This document shows positions 18,466 through 27,620 of a DNA stretch of 64,000 nt, in pieces. Origin of the DNA: an uncultured Gemmatimonadales bacterium (GTDB taxonomy: Bacteria; Gemmatimonadota; Gemmatimonadetes; Gemmatimonadales; GWC2-71-9). Made by a program: the position numbers and the translations under genes. The DNA lies in the NCBI GenBank assembly GCA_963748815.1, contig CAVVKJ010000008.1, forward strand, positions 96,001 to 160,000, read 5' to 3'. The notes below the pieces were generated by a model. The model was not told where the DNA came from and ran no database searches. It worked only from the letters and a program-made list of their open reading frames with translations. Within the stretch, counting starts at the first letter, position 1, and each line of letters begins with the position of its first letter.

Positions 18466-19496
18466 GCGAGGCCAATCTCTTCGCCCAGCAGGCGGCCAAC
18501 CGCCGACGGTCGGCCTGGTTGGTCGCCGGCTTCGTGTTGTTCTTCGCCTGGATCGGGTTCGGCGGTGACTACGCCTTCTACCTCCTCACCGCCGGCGCCC
18601 CGGCCGGCGCGTACCGCCACGTCGTCCCCTTCATCGGCCTGCTGACGACCGCGGCGGCGGCCGGCCTCTGCTATTTCTCCTGGAAGACCGGTCCCCGACG
18701 CGTCCTGCTCGCGGCAGGGGCGTGGGAAATCGTGACGCCCGCGTCGCCGGCGCACCTGCAGCTCATGAACGTGACCGAGGAGATGGCGATCGCGGCCGGG
18801 CTGCCGAAGCCCACGGTCTGGGTTGTGCCGGACCCGGACCTCAACGCGTTCGCGACCGGCCACGACGCGCGGCACGCCAGCATCGCCGTCACGGAGGGGC
18901 TGCTGGCCGCGCTCGATCGCGATGAGCTGCAAGGGGTGGTCGCGCACGAGATGTCCCACATCCAGAACGACGACGTGAAGCTGATGACGCTGCTGGCGGG
19001 GATGCTGGGGGCGGTCGCGCTGCTGTCCGACGGGATCGGCCGCTACCTGCGGATGGGGGGGCGGATGGGCGGGTCGTCGCGGAGCGGTGGGGGCCGGAGC
19101 GGCGGGAAGGGGGGTAATCCCCTGGGCGCGGTGCTGCTGGTGCTCTGGGTCTTCACGCTGCTGATCGCCCCGGTCGTGACCCGGCTCCTGGCGATGGCGG
19201 TGAGCCGGAAGCGGGAATACCTCGCGGACGCGAGCGCGGCGCAGCTGACCCGGCACCCGGAGGCGCTCGCCCGTGCGCTCGAAAAACTCGACGCGGCGTC
19301 GGCGCCGACCCGGAGCATCACGCAGGGGGCGGCCCACCTGTGCATCGTGGATCCCGCCGAGCGGCGGTTCAGCGAGCGGGAAGGCATCGTCGGAGACGTC
19401 TTCGCCTCCCACCCGCCGATCCGGCTCCGGGTGGCCCGCCTCAAGGCGATGGCCTTCCAGCAGGCGAAGCGTGAGGCGGGAGTGCTGCCCGCCTAG
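18462..19496 (+). CDS. htpX: HtpX-like M48 zinc metalloprotease
   Basis: NAFATG, VAHEMSH (HExxH), SRKREYLAD and SHPP motifs. Confidence 0.93.
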   Translation: MSEANLFAQQAANRRRSAWLVAGFVLFFAWIGFGGDYAFYLLTAGAPAGAYRHVVPFIGLLTTAAAAGLCYFSWKTGPRRVLLAAGAWEIVTPASPAHLQLMNVTEEMAIAAGLPKPTVWVVPDPDLNAFATGHDARHASIAVTEGLLAALDRDELQGVVAHEMSHIQNDDVKLMTLLAGMLGAVALLSDGIGRYLRMGGRMGGSSRSGGGRSGGKGGNPLGAVLLVLWVFTLLIAPVVTRLLAMAVSRKREYLADASAAQLTRHPEALARALEKLDAASAPTRSITQGAAHLCIVDPAERRFSEREGIVGDVFASHPPIRLRVARLKAMAFQQAKREAGVLPA

Positions 19497-20524
19497 GCGA
19501 GGTCCGGCAGGGAGAGCGCCGCGGCCAGTCCCTCCGGGTCGAGCGGGAGACCCAGGACCTCGGTCGGCTCGGCCGCCCGCGCCACCGTGCCGTCGCCGTC
19601 CTGGAGGATGAACAACTGGTAGGGCCGGACGCCGGGCGCCGGGAGGTTGGCGGGGAGGGAGCGCTCCGCCACCAGGACCAGTGACACGTCGAATCCCTGC
19701 GCGGCCGGGACGAGCGCCCCCGGCCCGAGGACGCGCTGCACCGAGTACCCGGCGCGGCGGAGGATGGACTCCACCACCCGCGCAGTGCCTTCCTCCGGCA
19801 CCAGCACCAGGGCGCGCCCCCGCTGGGGCACTTCCGCGCGGGCGCCCTCCTGCAGGTCGATCATCCGCACGCCGTGCGCGTATTCCGAGGTCGCCGCCCG
19901 CCGCAGTTCCCCCGCCCGCTTCACGATTTCCCGGATCCGCTCGAGCATGCCACGGATGGTGTCCAGCGACTGGCGCTGCGCGGCGCTCAGGGGATCGGGC
20001 CCGCCGGCGAGCAGCTCCAATTCGGCGGACGCCGCCATCAGTGGGTTGTTGATCTCGTGGTGCAGGGTCACCGTCATCTCGCCGACCGCGGCGCGCCGCT
20101 CGACGTGCAGCAGTTCCCGCTCCGCCGTGGCCAGCGCCTCGCGCAACGAGCGCATCCGCCGCACCCGTTCCACCACCTCCGGCAGCATCGCGGCCAGCGA
20201 GCCGTCCTTGACGAGGTAGTCCTCGGCCCCCGCGCGCAGCGCGTCGGCGGCAAAGGTCTCGCTCCCGTGGGCGGTCACCATGACCACGCTCGGCGGCTCG
20301 GGCCAGGCGCGGAGCGCCAGCAGCACCTCGCGCCCGGCCAGGTCGGGGAGGTTCTGGTCGAGGAGCAGCACGTCGGCCCGGGCGGCGGCGAGGAGCGCGT
20401 CGCGCCCCGTTGCCACGTGCTCGAGATCGGTGAACCCGTGCGCCATCAGCGCCGTGGCCGCCAGCCGGACCATCGCGGGATCGTCGTCCACCACCAGGAT
20501 GCGCAATGCGCTCCGTTCAGCCAC
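19493..20524 (-). CDS. Response regulator with REC + HisKA dimerisation domain and a degenerate C-terminal REC-like domain; no ATPase domain
   Basis: ILVVDDD, LLDQNLPD, LHHEINNPL; no N/G1/F/G2 boxes. Confidence 0.8.
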   Translation of the reverse strand: MAERSALRILVVDDDPAMVRLAATALMAHGFTDLEHVATGRDALLAAARADVLLLDQNLPDLAGREVLLALRAWPEPPSVVMVTAHGSETFAADALRAGAEDYLVKDGSLAAMLPEVVERVRRMRSLREALATAERELLHVERRAAVGEMTVTLHHEINNPLMAASAELELLAGGPDPLSAAQRQSLDTIRGMLERIREIVKRAGELRRAATSEYAHGVRMIDLQEGARAEVPQRGRALVLVPEEGTARVVESILRRAGYSVQRVLGPGALVPAAQGFDVSLVLVAERSLPANLPAPGVRPYQLFILQDGDGTVARAAEPTEVLGLPLDPEGLAAALSLPDLA

Positions 20525-22079
20525 GTGCCGCCTCCGTCTCGGTCCGGAATCCCACCCGCGCGAATTTTTCCCATGTCGTCTTGCCCCGCCAGGCGTCGAA
20601 CAGCCCGCGGAGCCGCCAGTACAGTGTAATGTGGCGGAAGCTGAAGGGCACGTTTTCCAGGATGGCGTACCCCAGCAGCACCAGGACGTCCCGCCGCCGC
20701 CCGAAGGGGAGCAGCCCCCGCTGGAGCCGGTCCGCCAGCCCGAACCGGAATCGCCAGGCCCCGACCAGCACCGCGAAGAGGTTGACCAGCATGCCGTAGC
20801 CGAACGCGGCCAGGAAGAAGGCGATCGCGTACGGCCAGTTGATAAGATGGATCCCGAACGCCCACTGCAGGAACAGCAGGAAGGAGAAGAAGAAGTACCC
20901 CGCCATCTCGATCATCGGCCCGTAGTACTCGAAGACCCAGAACGCCGGCAGCGCGAAGGCGCCGATCCGGCCGAAGCGGCGCCGGAACAGCATCGCGCGG
21001 TGGTAGTACAGCGATTCGCGGAGGCCGCGATACCAGCGGCCCCGCTGCTTGCGCAGCGATTCCAGCGATTCCGGCACCTCGGTCCAGGCCACGGGGTGCG
21101 GCAGGAAGGCGATCCGCCGGTCGAGATGCTTGTCGCGGATGTACCGGTGGAGGCGCACCACGATCTCCATGTCCTCGCAGACGGTGCCGGCGCCCTCCGC
21201 GACGTACTCCTGCACGATCCGGTGGCGGACGAACGGCGTCAGGTACCCCCCCGCGCGGATGACCGTCTCCTTCTCGAACACGGCGAACACGCCGGAGAGG
21301 ATCAGGATCGAGTCGAGGCGGTCGAGCCCGGTCCGGCCGGTGGTAAAGGAGCGGAGATACTCGACCATCTGGAACCGCGCCAGCGGATGCCGCGGGAGGC
21401 CGACGCTCACCACCCGCCCGTTGCGGATGGTGCACCCGTTGGCGATGGCCACCTGCCCGCCGACGGCCACGACGCGGGGATCCTCCTGGATCACCCGCAT
21501 CATCTCCTTCAGCGCGCGCTGGTCCAGGATGGAATCGGCGTCGAGGCAGACGAAGTACGGCGCCGTCGAGGCGTTGACGCCCACGTTCAGCGCGTCCGCC
21601 TTCCCCGCGCTCTCCTTGTCGATCACTACCAGCCGGAGCACCCCCGCCGGCATCGGGGCGGTGGCCTCGTAGAGCGCCCGGACCCGCGCCGTCCCGATCG
21701 CCTCCCGGTAGGGAAGATCGGTGCGCCGGAGCTTGAAGGCGCGCTTCAGCCGCTCCAGCGTCTGGTCGCTCGAACCGTCGTTGACCACCACCACCTCGAA
21801 TCGCGGATAGTCGCAGTGGATGAGGTTGGTCACCGAGTCGACGATCGTCACCTCCTCGTTGAACGCCGGGACGATCATCGTCAGCGGCTTCGTCGAGCCG
21901 CTGTGATCGATCAGGTCGAGGTCCTCCACGAAGTGCCCCGCCACCTTGCGCCGGACCTGGCGGGCGGAGAGGCCGATCAGGAGCAGCGTGTAGCTGTTGT
22001 AGAGGATGAAATACGCCAGGAAGAACGGCTGGACCGCCAGCGCGACGACCGTGAGCGTGGTGAGGACGGTTTCCTGCAT
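20517..22079 (-). CDS. Processive family 2 glycosyltransferase (IcaA/PgaC-like)
   Basis: VPAFNEE, NDGS, GKADALN, DAD, ED and QRGRW (QxxRW) motifs plus TM helices. Confidence 0.92.
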   Translation of the reverse strand: MQETVLTTLTVVALAVQPFFLAYFILYNSYTLLLIGLSARQVRRKVAGHFVEDLDLIDHSGSTKPLTMIVPAFNEEVTIVDSVTNLIHCDYPRFEVVVVNDGSSDQTLERLKRAFKLRRTDLPYREAIGTARVRALYEATAPMPAGVLRLVVIDKESAGKADALNVGVNASTAPYFVCLDADSILDQRALKEMMRVIQEDPRVVAVGGQVAIANGCTIRNGRVVSVGLPRHPLARFQMVEYLRSFTTGRTGLDRLDSILILSGVFAVFEKETVIRAGGYLTPFVRHRIVQEYVAEGAGTVCEDMEIVVRLHRYIRDKHLDRRIAFLPHPVAWTEVPESLESLRKQRGRWYRGLRESLYYHRAMLFRRRFGRIGAFALPAFWVFEYYGPMIEMAGYFFFSFLLFLQWAFGIHLINWPYAIAFFLAAFGYGMLVNLFAVLVGAWRFRFGLADRLQRGLLPFGRRRDVLVLLGYAILENVPFSFRHITLYWRLRGLFDAWRGKTTWEKFARVGFRTETEAARG

Positions 22080-24370
22080 CAGGCCGCCGGGAGCGCGGCG
22101 CGCACCGCGTGCCGCACCGCCGGGGCTGGATCGTCCGCCGCCAGCCGGTGCGCCGCGGAATCGTCGAGCAGCGCCAGCACGATCCCGGCCGCCTGGCGTC
22201 GCTCGGCGGAGGCGTCGCTGGCCCGCCGGTGCAATTCGGCCAGCGGGAGGACGGAGGCCGCCGCCTCGGCGAGTGCGCGGCGGGGAATGTCCGCTGGCAG
22301 GGTGTCGCCCGATCCCGCGAGGAGACTCGCCACTGCCGCCATGGCCCGCACCTCCTCCGCGGAGTCGGTCGCCAGCACTGCCAGGCTCTGGCCCGCGCTG
22401 CCGGCTGCGCAGGCGGCCGCCACCGCGACCCGGACCGCCGCCACCGGATCGCGCGCCATGCGCTCCAACAGCGTCGCGTCGGCTAGATCGGGGTGGTGCC
22501 ACCAGAGACGGACGAGCGCCGCCCGCACCTCGGCGTCCGGGTCGCGCCACAGCACGCCGAGCACCGCCGAGGCGGAGGGGGGATGGGCCTCGGCCACCGT
22601 GTGGATCACGGCCAGCTTGCCTGCACGATCGTCCGCCTCCATCAGGCTGGCGAGCAGGGCGGGCACCTGGGCCACATCGAGTCGCGTGACGGCGGTGGCG
22701 ATGGCGACGCGCACCAGCGGGGCCGCCGACGGGAAGTGGTCGAGGAGGGTGACGGCCGTCGCGGCGTCGCCCAGCTGGCCGAGGGCCAGGACAGCCTCCC
22801 GCTGCACGGTGGAATCGCTGTCGGCCAGCAGTCCGAGCAGGCTTCGGGACGCCGCGCGGGCCCCCGTCAGCCCGAGGGCCGTGGCGGTTGCGGCGCGGAC
22901 CGCCGGGTCGCCATCCGTGATGTGGGATTCGATTCGCTCGGCGATTGCCGGTCCGCCGAGCTGCCCGACGAGGAGCAACGCGGCGGTGCGCACTTCCCGC
23001 GCCCCGTCGTCGAGATGGTCGAGCGCGGCCGCGATGCCCTCGGTGACCTGGAGTGCGCGAAGCACCTCGAAGGCCCCGGCGCGGAGGGCCGGGTCGGCGT
23101 CGCTGCGGGCGACGTGCACGAGCTCGGTGGCCAGGTCCCGGCGGCCGGCGCGCCGGATCGCCTCGACGAACACGGCGCGGACCGCCGGCGTGGGATGCGC
23201 GAGCCCCTCGGCCAGCAGCTCGCGGGCGCCCGCGTGGCCGAACCTCGCCAGCGTGTCCGTCGCCAGGGTCGTGTTCTCGCCACGTTCGATGGCCTCGATC
23301 ATCCGGGCGGGCACGCCGAGCCGCTCCAGCGCCACCGCCGCGCGGATGCGGATTTCGGGGTCGGCGTCGTCGAGCGCCAGGAGCAGCGGGCCTTCGGCCT
23401 GGGCGCCGACTTGCTCCAGCGCCTCCACGCTGCGCATGCGCACCCACCAGGCGGGGTCGCCGAGGGCGCGGACCAGCCGCTCCACCACGTCGGGCTTGTC
23501 GAATTGTCCGAGCGCCTGCGCGATCCGGGCCCGGACGAAGGGGGCGGGATCGCTCAGGAGGTGATCAAGGAGATACCCGACGGCGCGGCCGTCGCCGAGG
23601 CGCCCCAGGGCGCTGGCGCTCTTGGCGCGGACTTCGTCGTCGAGGTCGCTCAGGGCGTGCACCAGGGAGGGGAAGGCGCGCGCGGCCCCGACTTCGCCGA
23701 GGATGCTCGCGGCCCACGCCCGCGCCGGGTGCCGCGCGGAGTCCTCGAGAAACGCGATCATCGGGTCCACCACGAGCGCGCCGTGCCTGGTCAGGATGTC
23801 GGCGATGCGCGGGACAAGCCACACCTCGGAGTGCTTGAGCGCCTCGACGAGGGGGGCCACCGCGCGGGGGTCGCCGATCCGTGCGAGCGCGCGCAGGGCG
23901 ATTTCGCGGACGTCGGCGTCCTCGCTGCGCGTCGCGGCGACCGTGTCGAGCAGGGCGGGCACCGCGTTCGCGTTGCCGACCCGGCCGAGGAGTTCCGCGG
24001 CGAAGGCGCGCTCCCGCCACTTGGTCGCGGTGCGGAGGCGCGTCACGTACTTGTCCACCAGGCCCAGCTGGTCGTAGGCGTCGAGCAGCCAGGCGGGGCG
24101 CTCGGTGGCGCCGCGGGCCTGCTCCTCGAGCACCGCTTCCAGCGCCTCGAAGTCCCGGAGCGTCGTCAATTCGCGCAGCTGCGGCTCGAGCAGCGCCCGG
24201 TCGCGGAGTGCCAGCCCGGTCACGAGGTCGCGATAGAGTCCCTTGCGGTAGGCGAGGCGCCGCTCGAGGCGGTTGAGATAGGAGGTGTAGAGCAGCCACG
24301 CCAGCACGGCGGCGAGACCGACGCCTGCCATGGCCGCGGCGATGCCGAGGATGATCGGAAGGGTGATCAC
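22079..24370 (-). CDS. Membrane-anchored HEAT-repeat protein
   Basis: N-terminal TM, then many D.D..VR..AA.ALG.LG repeats. Confidence 0.92.
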   Translation of the reverse strand: MITLPIILGIAAAMAGVGLAAVLAWLLYTSYLNRLERRLAYRKGLYRDLVTGLALRDRALLEPQLRELTTLRDFEALEAVLEEQARGATERPAWLLDAYDQLGLVDKYVTRLRTATKWRERAFAAELLGRVGNANAVPALLDTVAATRSEDADVREIALRALARIGDPRAVAPLVEALKHSEVWLVPRIADILTRHGALVVDPMIAFLEDSARHPARAWAASILGEVGAARAFPSLVHALSDLDDEVRAKSASALGRLGDGRAVGYLLDHLLSDPAPFVRARIAQALGQFDKPDVVERLVRALGDPAWWVRMRSVEALEQVGAQAEGPLLLALDDADPEIRIRAAVALERLGVPARMIEAIERGENTTLATDTLARFGHAGARELLAEGLAHPTPAVRAVFVEAIRRAGRRDLATELVHVARSDADPALRAGAFEVLRALQVTEGIAAALDHLDDGAREVRTAALLLVGQLGGPAIAERIESHITDGDPAVRAATATALGLTGARAASRSLLGLLADSDSTVQREAVLALGQLGDAATAVTLLDHFPSAAPLVRVAIATAVTRLDVAQVPALLASLMEADDRAGKLAVIHTVAEAHPPSASAVLGVLWRDPDAEVRAALVRLWWHHPDLADATLLERMARDPVAAVRVAVAAACAAGSAGQSLAVLATDSAEEVRAMAAVASLLAGSGDTLPADIPRRALAEAAASVLPLAELHRRASDASAERRQAAGIVLALLDDSAAHRLAADDPAPAVRHAVRAALPAA

Positions 24371-24554
24371 CGGCGGAACTCGGGGCCGACATGGATAACC
24401 AGGGTCAGTGTTGCCATGGGCCGACGTCGAGCTCCAAGGTGTTTAGGGGTAAAGGGTTACAAAAACGATCGGCAGCGCTTCCGGCGGGGTTGCCGGGGGG
24501 CACAGCCGATCGCAGAGTTGCACGAATCGCGCCACTGACCGGCGCGAATCGGTG

Positions 24555-25628
24555 TCAGGCGGGGTCGTTGTCTTCGAGGAAGACGAGCGTCTGCCGACGG
24601 GCCATGACGGTTTCGAGGCCGGCGAAGACGGCGGGATCGACGGCGATCCCGGCCAGGTCGCGGATGCGATCCACCGCGAAGTTCGCCGGCATCTTCTCCT
24701 GGTAGGGTCGCGAGGTGGTGAGGGCGTCGAAGATCTCGGCGATGCCCAGGATGCGCGCCCCGAGCGGGATGTCCTCGCCCTTCAGGCCGTCGGGATAGCC
24801 GTCGCCGTCCCACCGCTCATGATGGCTGCGGATGCAGGTGATGGTGTTGTGCAGGTGGGCGAGGGGCGCGAGAATTTGCGTCCCGATGATCACGTGGTCC
24901 TTCACGTGCTCGTACTCGGCGGGCGTCAGCGGACCCTGCTTGGCGAGGATCTCCTCGCGAATGCCGATCTTGCCGATGTCGTGGAGGCGGCCGGCAGTGC
25001 GGATGACCTCGATGTCCTCATCGGAGAGTTGCAGCTCGGCAGCGATCATGGCGGAGAGGTCGGCCACCCGCGCCGAGTGTCCCCGCGAGAAGGGATCTTT
25101 CGCCTCCAGGGCGTTGACCAGCACCTCGAGGGTGGCAATCGTCACCCGCTCCAGCGTGGCCCGCTCGCGCCGCACTTCCGCCGCCCGGATCGCCACCTCT
25201 TCCTTCAGCCACTGGTTGACCTGCGCCGTTTCCATCTGGGTGGCGCGCCGGCGCATGGCCCGCTCCAGCGCCCGTCCGAGGTCCACCAGGTCGATCGGCT
25301 TGATCAGGTACTCGAAGGCGCCCCGCTGCATGCAGAGGGCGGCGGTCGTCGCGTCGGTGACGGCGGTGAGCATCAGGATGGCGAGGTGGGGTTCCAGCTC
25401 CAGCGCTTGGGGAACGAGATCGATTCCGCTCACGCCCGGCATCCGGACGTCGAGCAGCATCCCCGCGATCTTCTGCCGTCCGAGCACGGCGAGCGCCTCC
25501 TCCCCGGAGGCGGCGAGGCTGACCTCGTAGCCCTGCTGGGTCAGGTAGCGCGCGAGCGCGGCCCGAATCGGTTCTTCGTCGTCAACGACCAGCAGTGACG
25601 CCGGTCCCTCTGGCATCGACACGGGCAC
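24555..25628 (-). CDS. REC-HD-GYP c-di-GMP phosphodiesterase (RpfG-like)
   Basis: REC domain (LLDVRMPG); LHDIGKIG and HHERWDGDGYPDGL motifs. Confidence 0.94.
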   Translation of the reverse strand: MPVSMPEGPASLLVVDDEEPIRAALARYLTQQGYEVSLAASGEEALAVLGRQKIAGMLLDVRMPGVSGIDLVPQALELEPHLAILMLTAVTDATTAALCMQRGAFEYLIKPIDLVDLGRALERAMRRRATQMETAQVNQWLKEEVAIRAAEVRRERATLERVTIATLEVLVNALEAKDPFSRGHSARVADLSAMIAAELQLSDEDIEVIRTAGRLHDIGKIGIREEILAKQGPLTPAEYEHVKDHVIIGTQILAPLAHLHNTITCIRSHHERWDGDGYPDGLKGEDIPLGARILGIAEIFDALTTSRPYQEKMPANFAVDRIRDLAGIAVDPAVFAGLETVMARRQTLVFLEDNDPA

Positions 25629-25660
25629 CCTCCGCTGCGGGGAAACGCAGGAAACCTAGC

Positions 25661-26503
25661 CTATCCGACGAACTCCGCCACGACCCGCTCCGGGATCAGG
25701 CCGGCCGCGAAGGCGCGGTCGAGGAGGAGCTGCACCGCCTCGCGTCCCCGCGGGCCGTAGTCCACGGTCCAGTCGTTCACGTACATCCCGACGAACGCGT
25801 CGGTCCGCTCGTCGCCGATGCCGCGGTTATACTGCTTCGCGTGCTCGAGCGCGGGTTGCCGGTGCGCCAGGGCGTACTCGATGCTCATCCGAAGGTCCCG
25901 CGCCACCTGCGCGGTCAGCGCCGCGCCGAGGTCGCGTCGCACCACGTTGCCGCCGAGCGGCAGGGGGAGGCCCGTCTCCCGTCCCCACCACGCCCCGAGA
26001 TCTTCCCACAACTGCAGCCCGTCGTCGGCGTAGGTCAGCTGGCCCTCGTGGATCAGGAGGCCCACGTCGACCTCGCCCCGGTGCACGGCGTCCTCGATCT
26101 GGTCGAAGGGGATGATCACCTCCGTGACCGCCGGCTGGTAGAGCCGCAGCGCCAGGGCGGCCGTGGTCAGGGTGCCGGGGATGCCGACCCGGAGTCCGCG
26201 CAGCGCCTCGCGCGGATCCGCCGGTGCGGGGGCCTTGCTCACGAGGCGCGGTCCGTAGCCGTCGCCCATCGACGACCCGCTCGCCAGCAGCGCGTAGGTC
26301 CGGTGGAGGTGCGCATAGGCGTGGATCGAGACCGCCGAGACTTCGAGTTCGGCCTGCAGCGCCCGGCGGTTGAGCGACTCGATGTCGGAAAGTTCGTGCT
26401 CGTAGCGCAGGTCGCCGGTGTCGAGCTTACCTTCGGCGAGGGCGTAGAACATGAACGCGTCGTCGGAATCGGGGCTGTGGGCGACGTGGATGGTTCGGGT
26501 CAC
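25661..26503 (-). CDS. mqnD: 1,4-dihydroxy-6-naphthoate synthase (futalosine pathway)
   Basis: AHSPDSDDAFMFYAL, GYGPRLV, IHEGQLTY, LPLPLGG and MYVN motifs. Confidence 0.9.
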   Translation of the reverse strand: MTRTIHVAHSPDSDDAFMFYALAEGKLDTGDLRYEHELSDIESLNRRALQAELEVSAVSIHAYAHLHRTYALLASGSSMGDGYGPRLVSKAPAPADPREALRGLRVGIPGTLTTAALALRLYQPAVTEVIIPFDQIEDAVHRGEVDVGLLIHEGQLTYADDGLQLWEDLGAWWGRETGLPLPLGGNVVRRDLGAALTAQVARDLRMSIEYALAHRQPALEHAKQYNRGIGDERTDAFVGMYVNDWTVDYGPRGREAVQLLLDRAFAAGLIPERVVAEFVG

Positions 26504-27177
26504 GGGGTCTCCGCTGCCTGCTGGACGTCGTTGAGAAGTTGTCGGTGCTCGACGTACTCCGGTCGGTCGGCGCGGGCGAGTTCCTTCTCGGCCCGCCGCC
26601 GAAACTGGTCGAGCGCCTCCTGGTACTTCAGGGTGTCGCCCTCGAGCCGGGCGAGGGCGCCCTCGAGGATCGGCCCGAAGAGATGGCCGGGATCCTTCGC
26701 CTCCAGCGTGTCGGCCAGGGCGTGGGCGCCCTGGAAGTTCCCGATCTGGATGGCGATCAGCCCCGCGTGGAATCGGGTGTCGGCGTCCACGGAGTCGAGA
26801 TCGGCGTAGGCCGCCACGGCCAGCGGCGAGAGGCTGGCCACGGTGGCGCTGTCCCACTCGGCGCCGGCCCGCATCAGGCGGTCGAAGAGCTGGGCAAACC
26901 GCTCCTCGGGCCCCAGGCTGCTCAGGTCGGGGAGCGGGACGACGTTCACCGGTGCGCTCCCGGCGTTGGCCATGGCGGGGGGTGCGCCGGGAGGGTCGCT
27001 TCGCGCGACGCCGAACACCACCCCCGCGACCGCCACCACCGAAACGATCCCGGCCACCCTCCAGGCCCGGCGATCTCCCGGGTGGCGGGTGCCCGTCGCG
27101 AGGCGGGCCCCGCACTGGCGGCAAAAGGCGCCGTCCGAGGCCGTGCCGCAGCTGGCGCAGGTGATCTGGGGTGACAT
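26500..27177 (-). CDS. Zinc-ribbon membrane protein with a helical/TPR-like C-terminal domain
   Basis: CASC...FCRQCG, a TM segment and a helical C-terminus. Confidence 0.7.
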   Translation of the reverse strand: MSPQITCASCGTASDGAFCRQCGARLATGTRHPGDRRAWRVAGIVSVVAVAGVVFGVARSDPPGAPPAMANAGSAPVNVVPLPDLSSLGPEERFAQLFDRLMRAGAEWDSATVASLSPLAVAAYADLDSVDADTRFHAGLIAIQIGNFQGAHALADTLEAKDPGHLFGPILEGALARLEGDTLKYQEALDQFRRRAEKELARADRPEYVEHRQLLNDVQQAAETP

Positions 27178-27275
27178 CTGGGCTCCAATCTAACCACCCC
27201 GGAGGGGCGCGGCACCGAGGAGTGCTGGCGCCCGATGGCCGATGGCGTTAGCGTGAGGGCATCTCGGAGGGTACC

Positions 27276-27551
27276 ATGGGACAGCCGCAGCACCCCTTGC
27301 CGGCCGCGCTGCCCGAGGCGCCGATGGCCCGCCACCTCGGCGACCTTGGCCGCGCGGATGAACGGTGGCAGGTCTTCCTCGAAACCCGGCCTCAGGGCAG
27401 GACGGTGGCGGGCCGGGTCCACTTCCTTCAGGGCGAGTGCACGCGCAGCTCGGCGTGGATCCTCCTCGAATGGAGCGAACCGGATGTCCTGCAGCGGTTC
27501 AACGAATTCAGCGCCGTGGAGCTCTGGCGCCTGTTGGAGAGCCTGGGGTAG
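27276..27551 (+). CDS. Small hypothetical protein
   Basis: GGAGGG SD; coding-like ORF of 91 aa. Confidence 0.7.
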   Translation: MGQPQHPLPAALPEAPMARHLGDLGRADERWQVFLETRPQGRTVAGRVHFLQGECTRSSAWILLEWSEPDVLQRFNEFSAVELWRLLESLG

Positions 27552-27620
27552 CCTCCGTCCCGATTCCGGGACGGGCGCCGCCTAGCCCCCTCACATCCGA
27601 TCGAGCTCCCGGAGTTCCCT

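Noticed and set aside
20280..23564. 1094-aa plus-strand ORF, and many similar long ORFs antisense to real genes
   Set aside because: Shadow frames of the GT2/HEAT genes in high-GC DNA; no motifs, and Arg/Ala/Ser-rich composition.
22079..26503. Anti-phage defence system (HEAT repeat plus HD domain)
   Set aside because: The HD protein is a typical REC-HD-GYP and the context is a glycosyltransferase and mqnD; no nuclease, NTPase or other defence signature.
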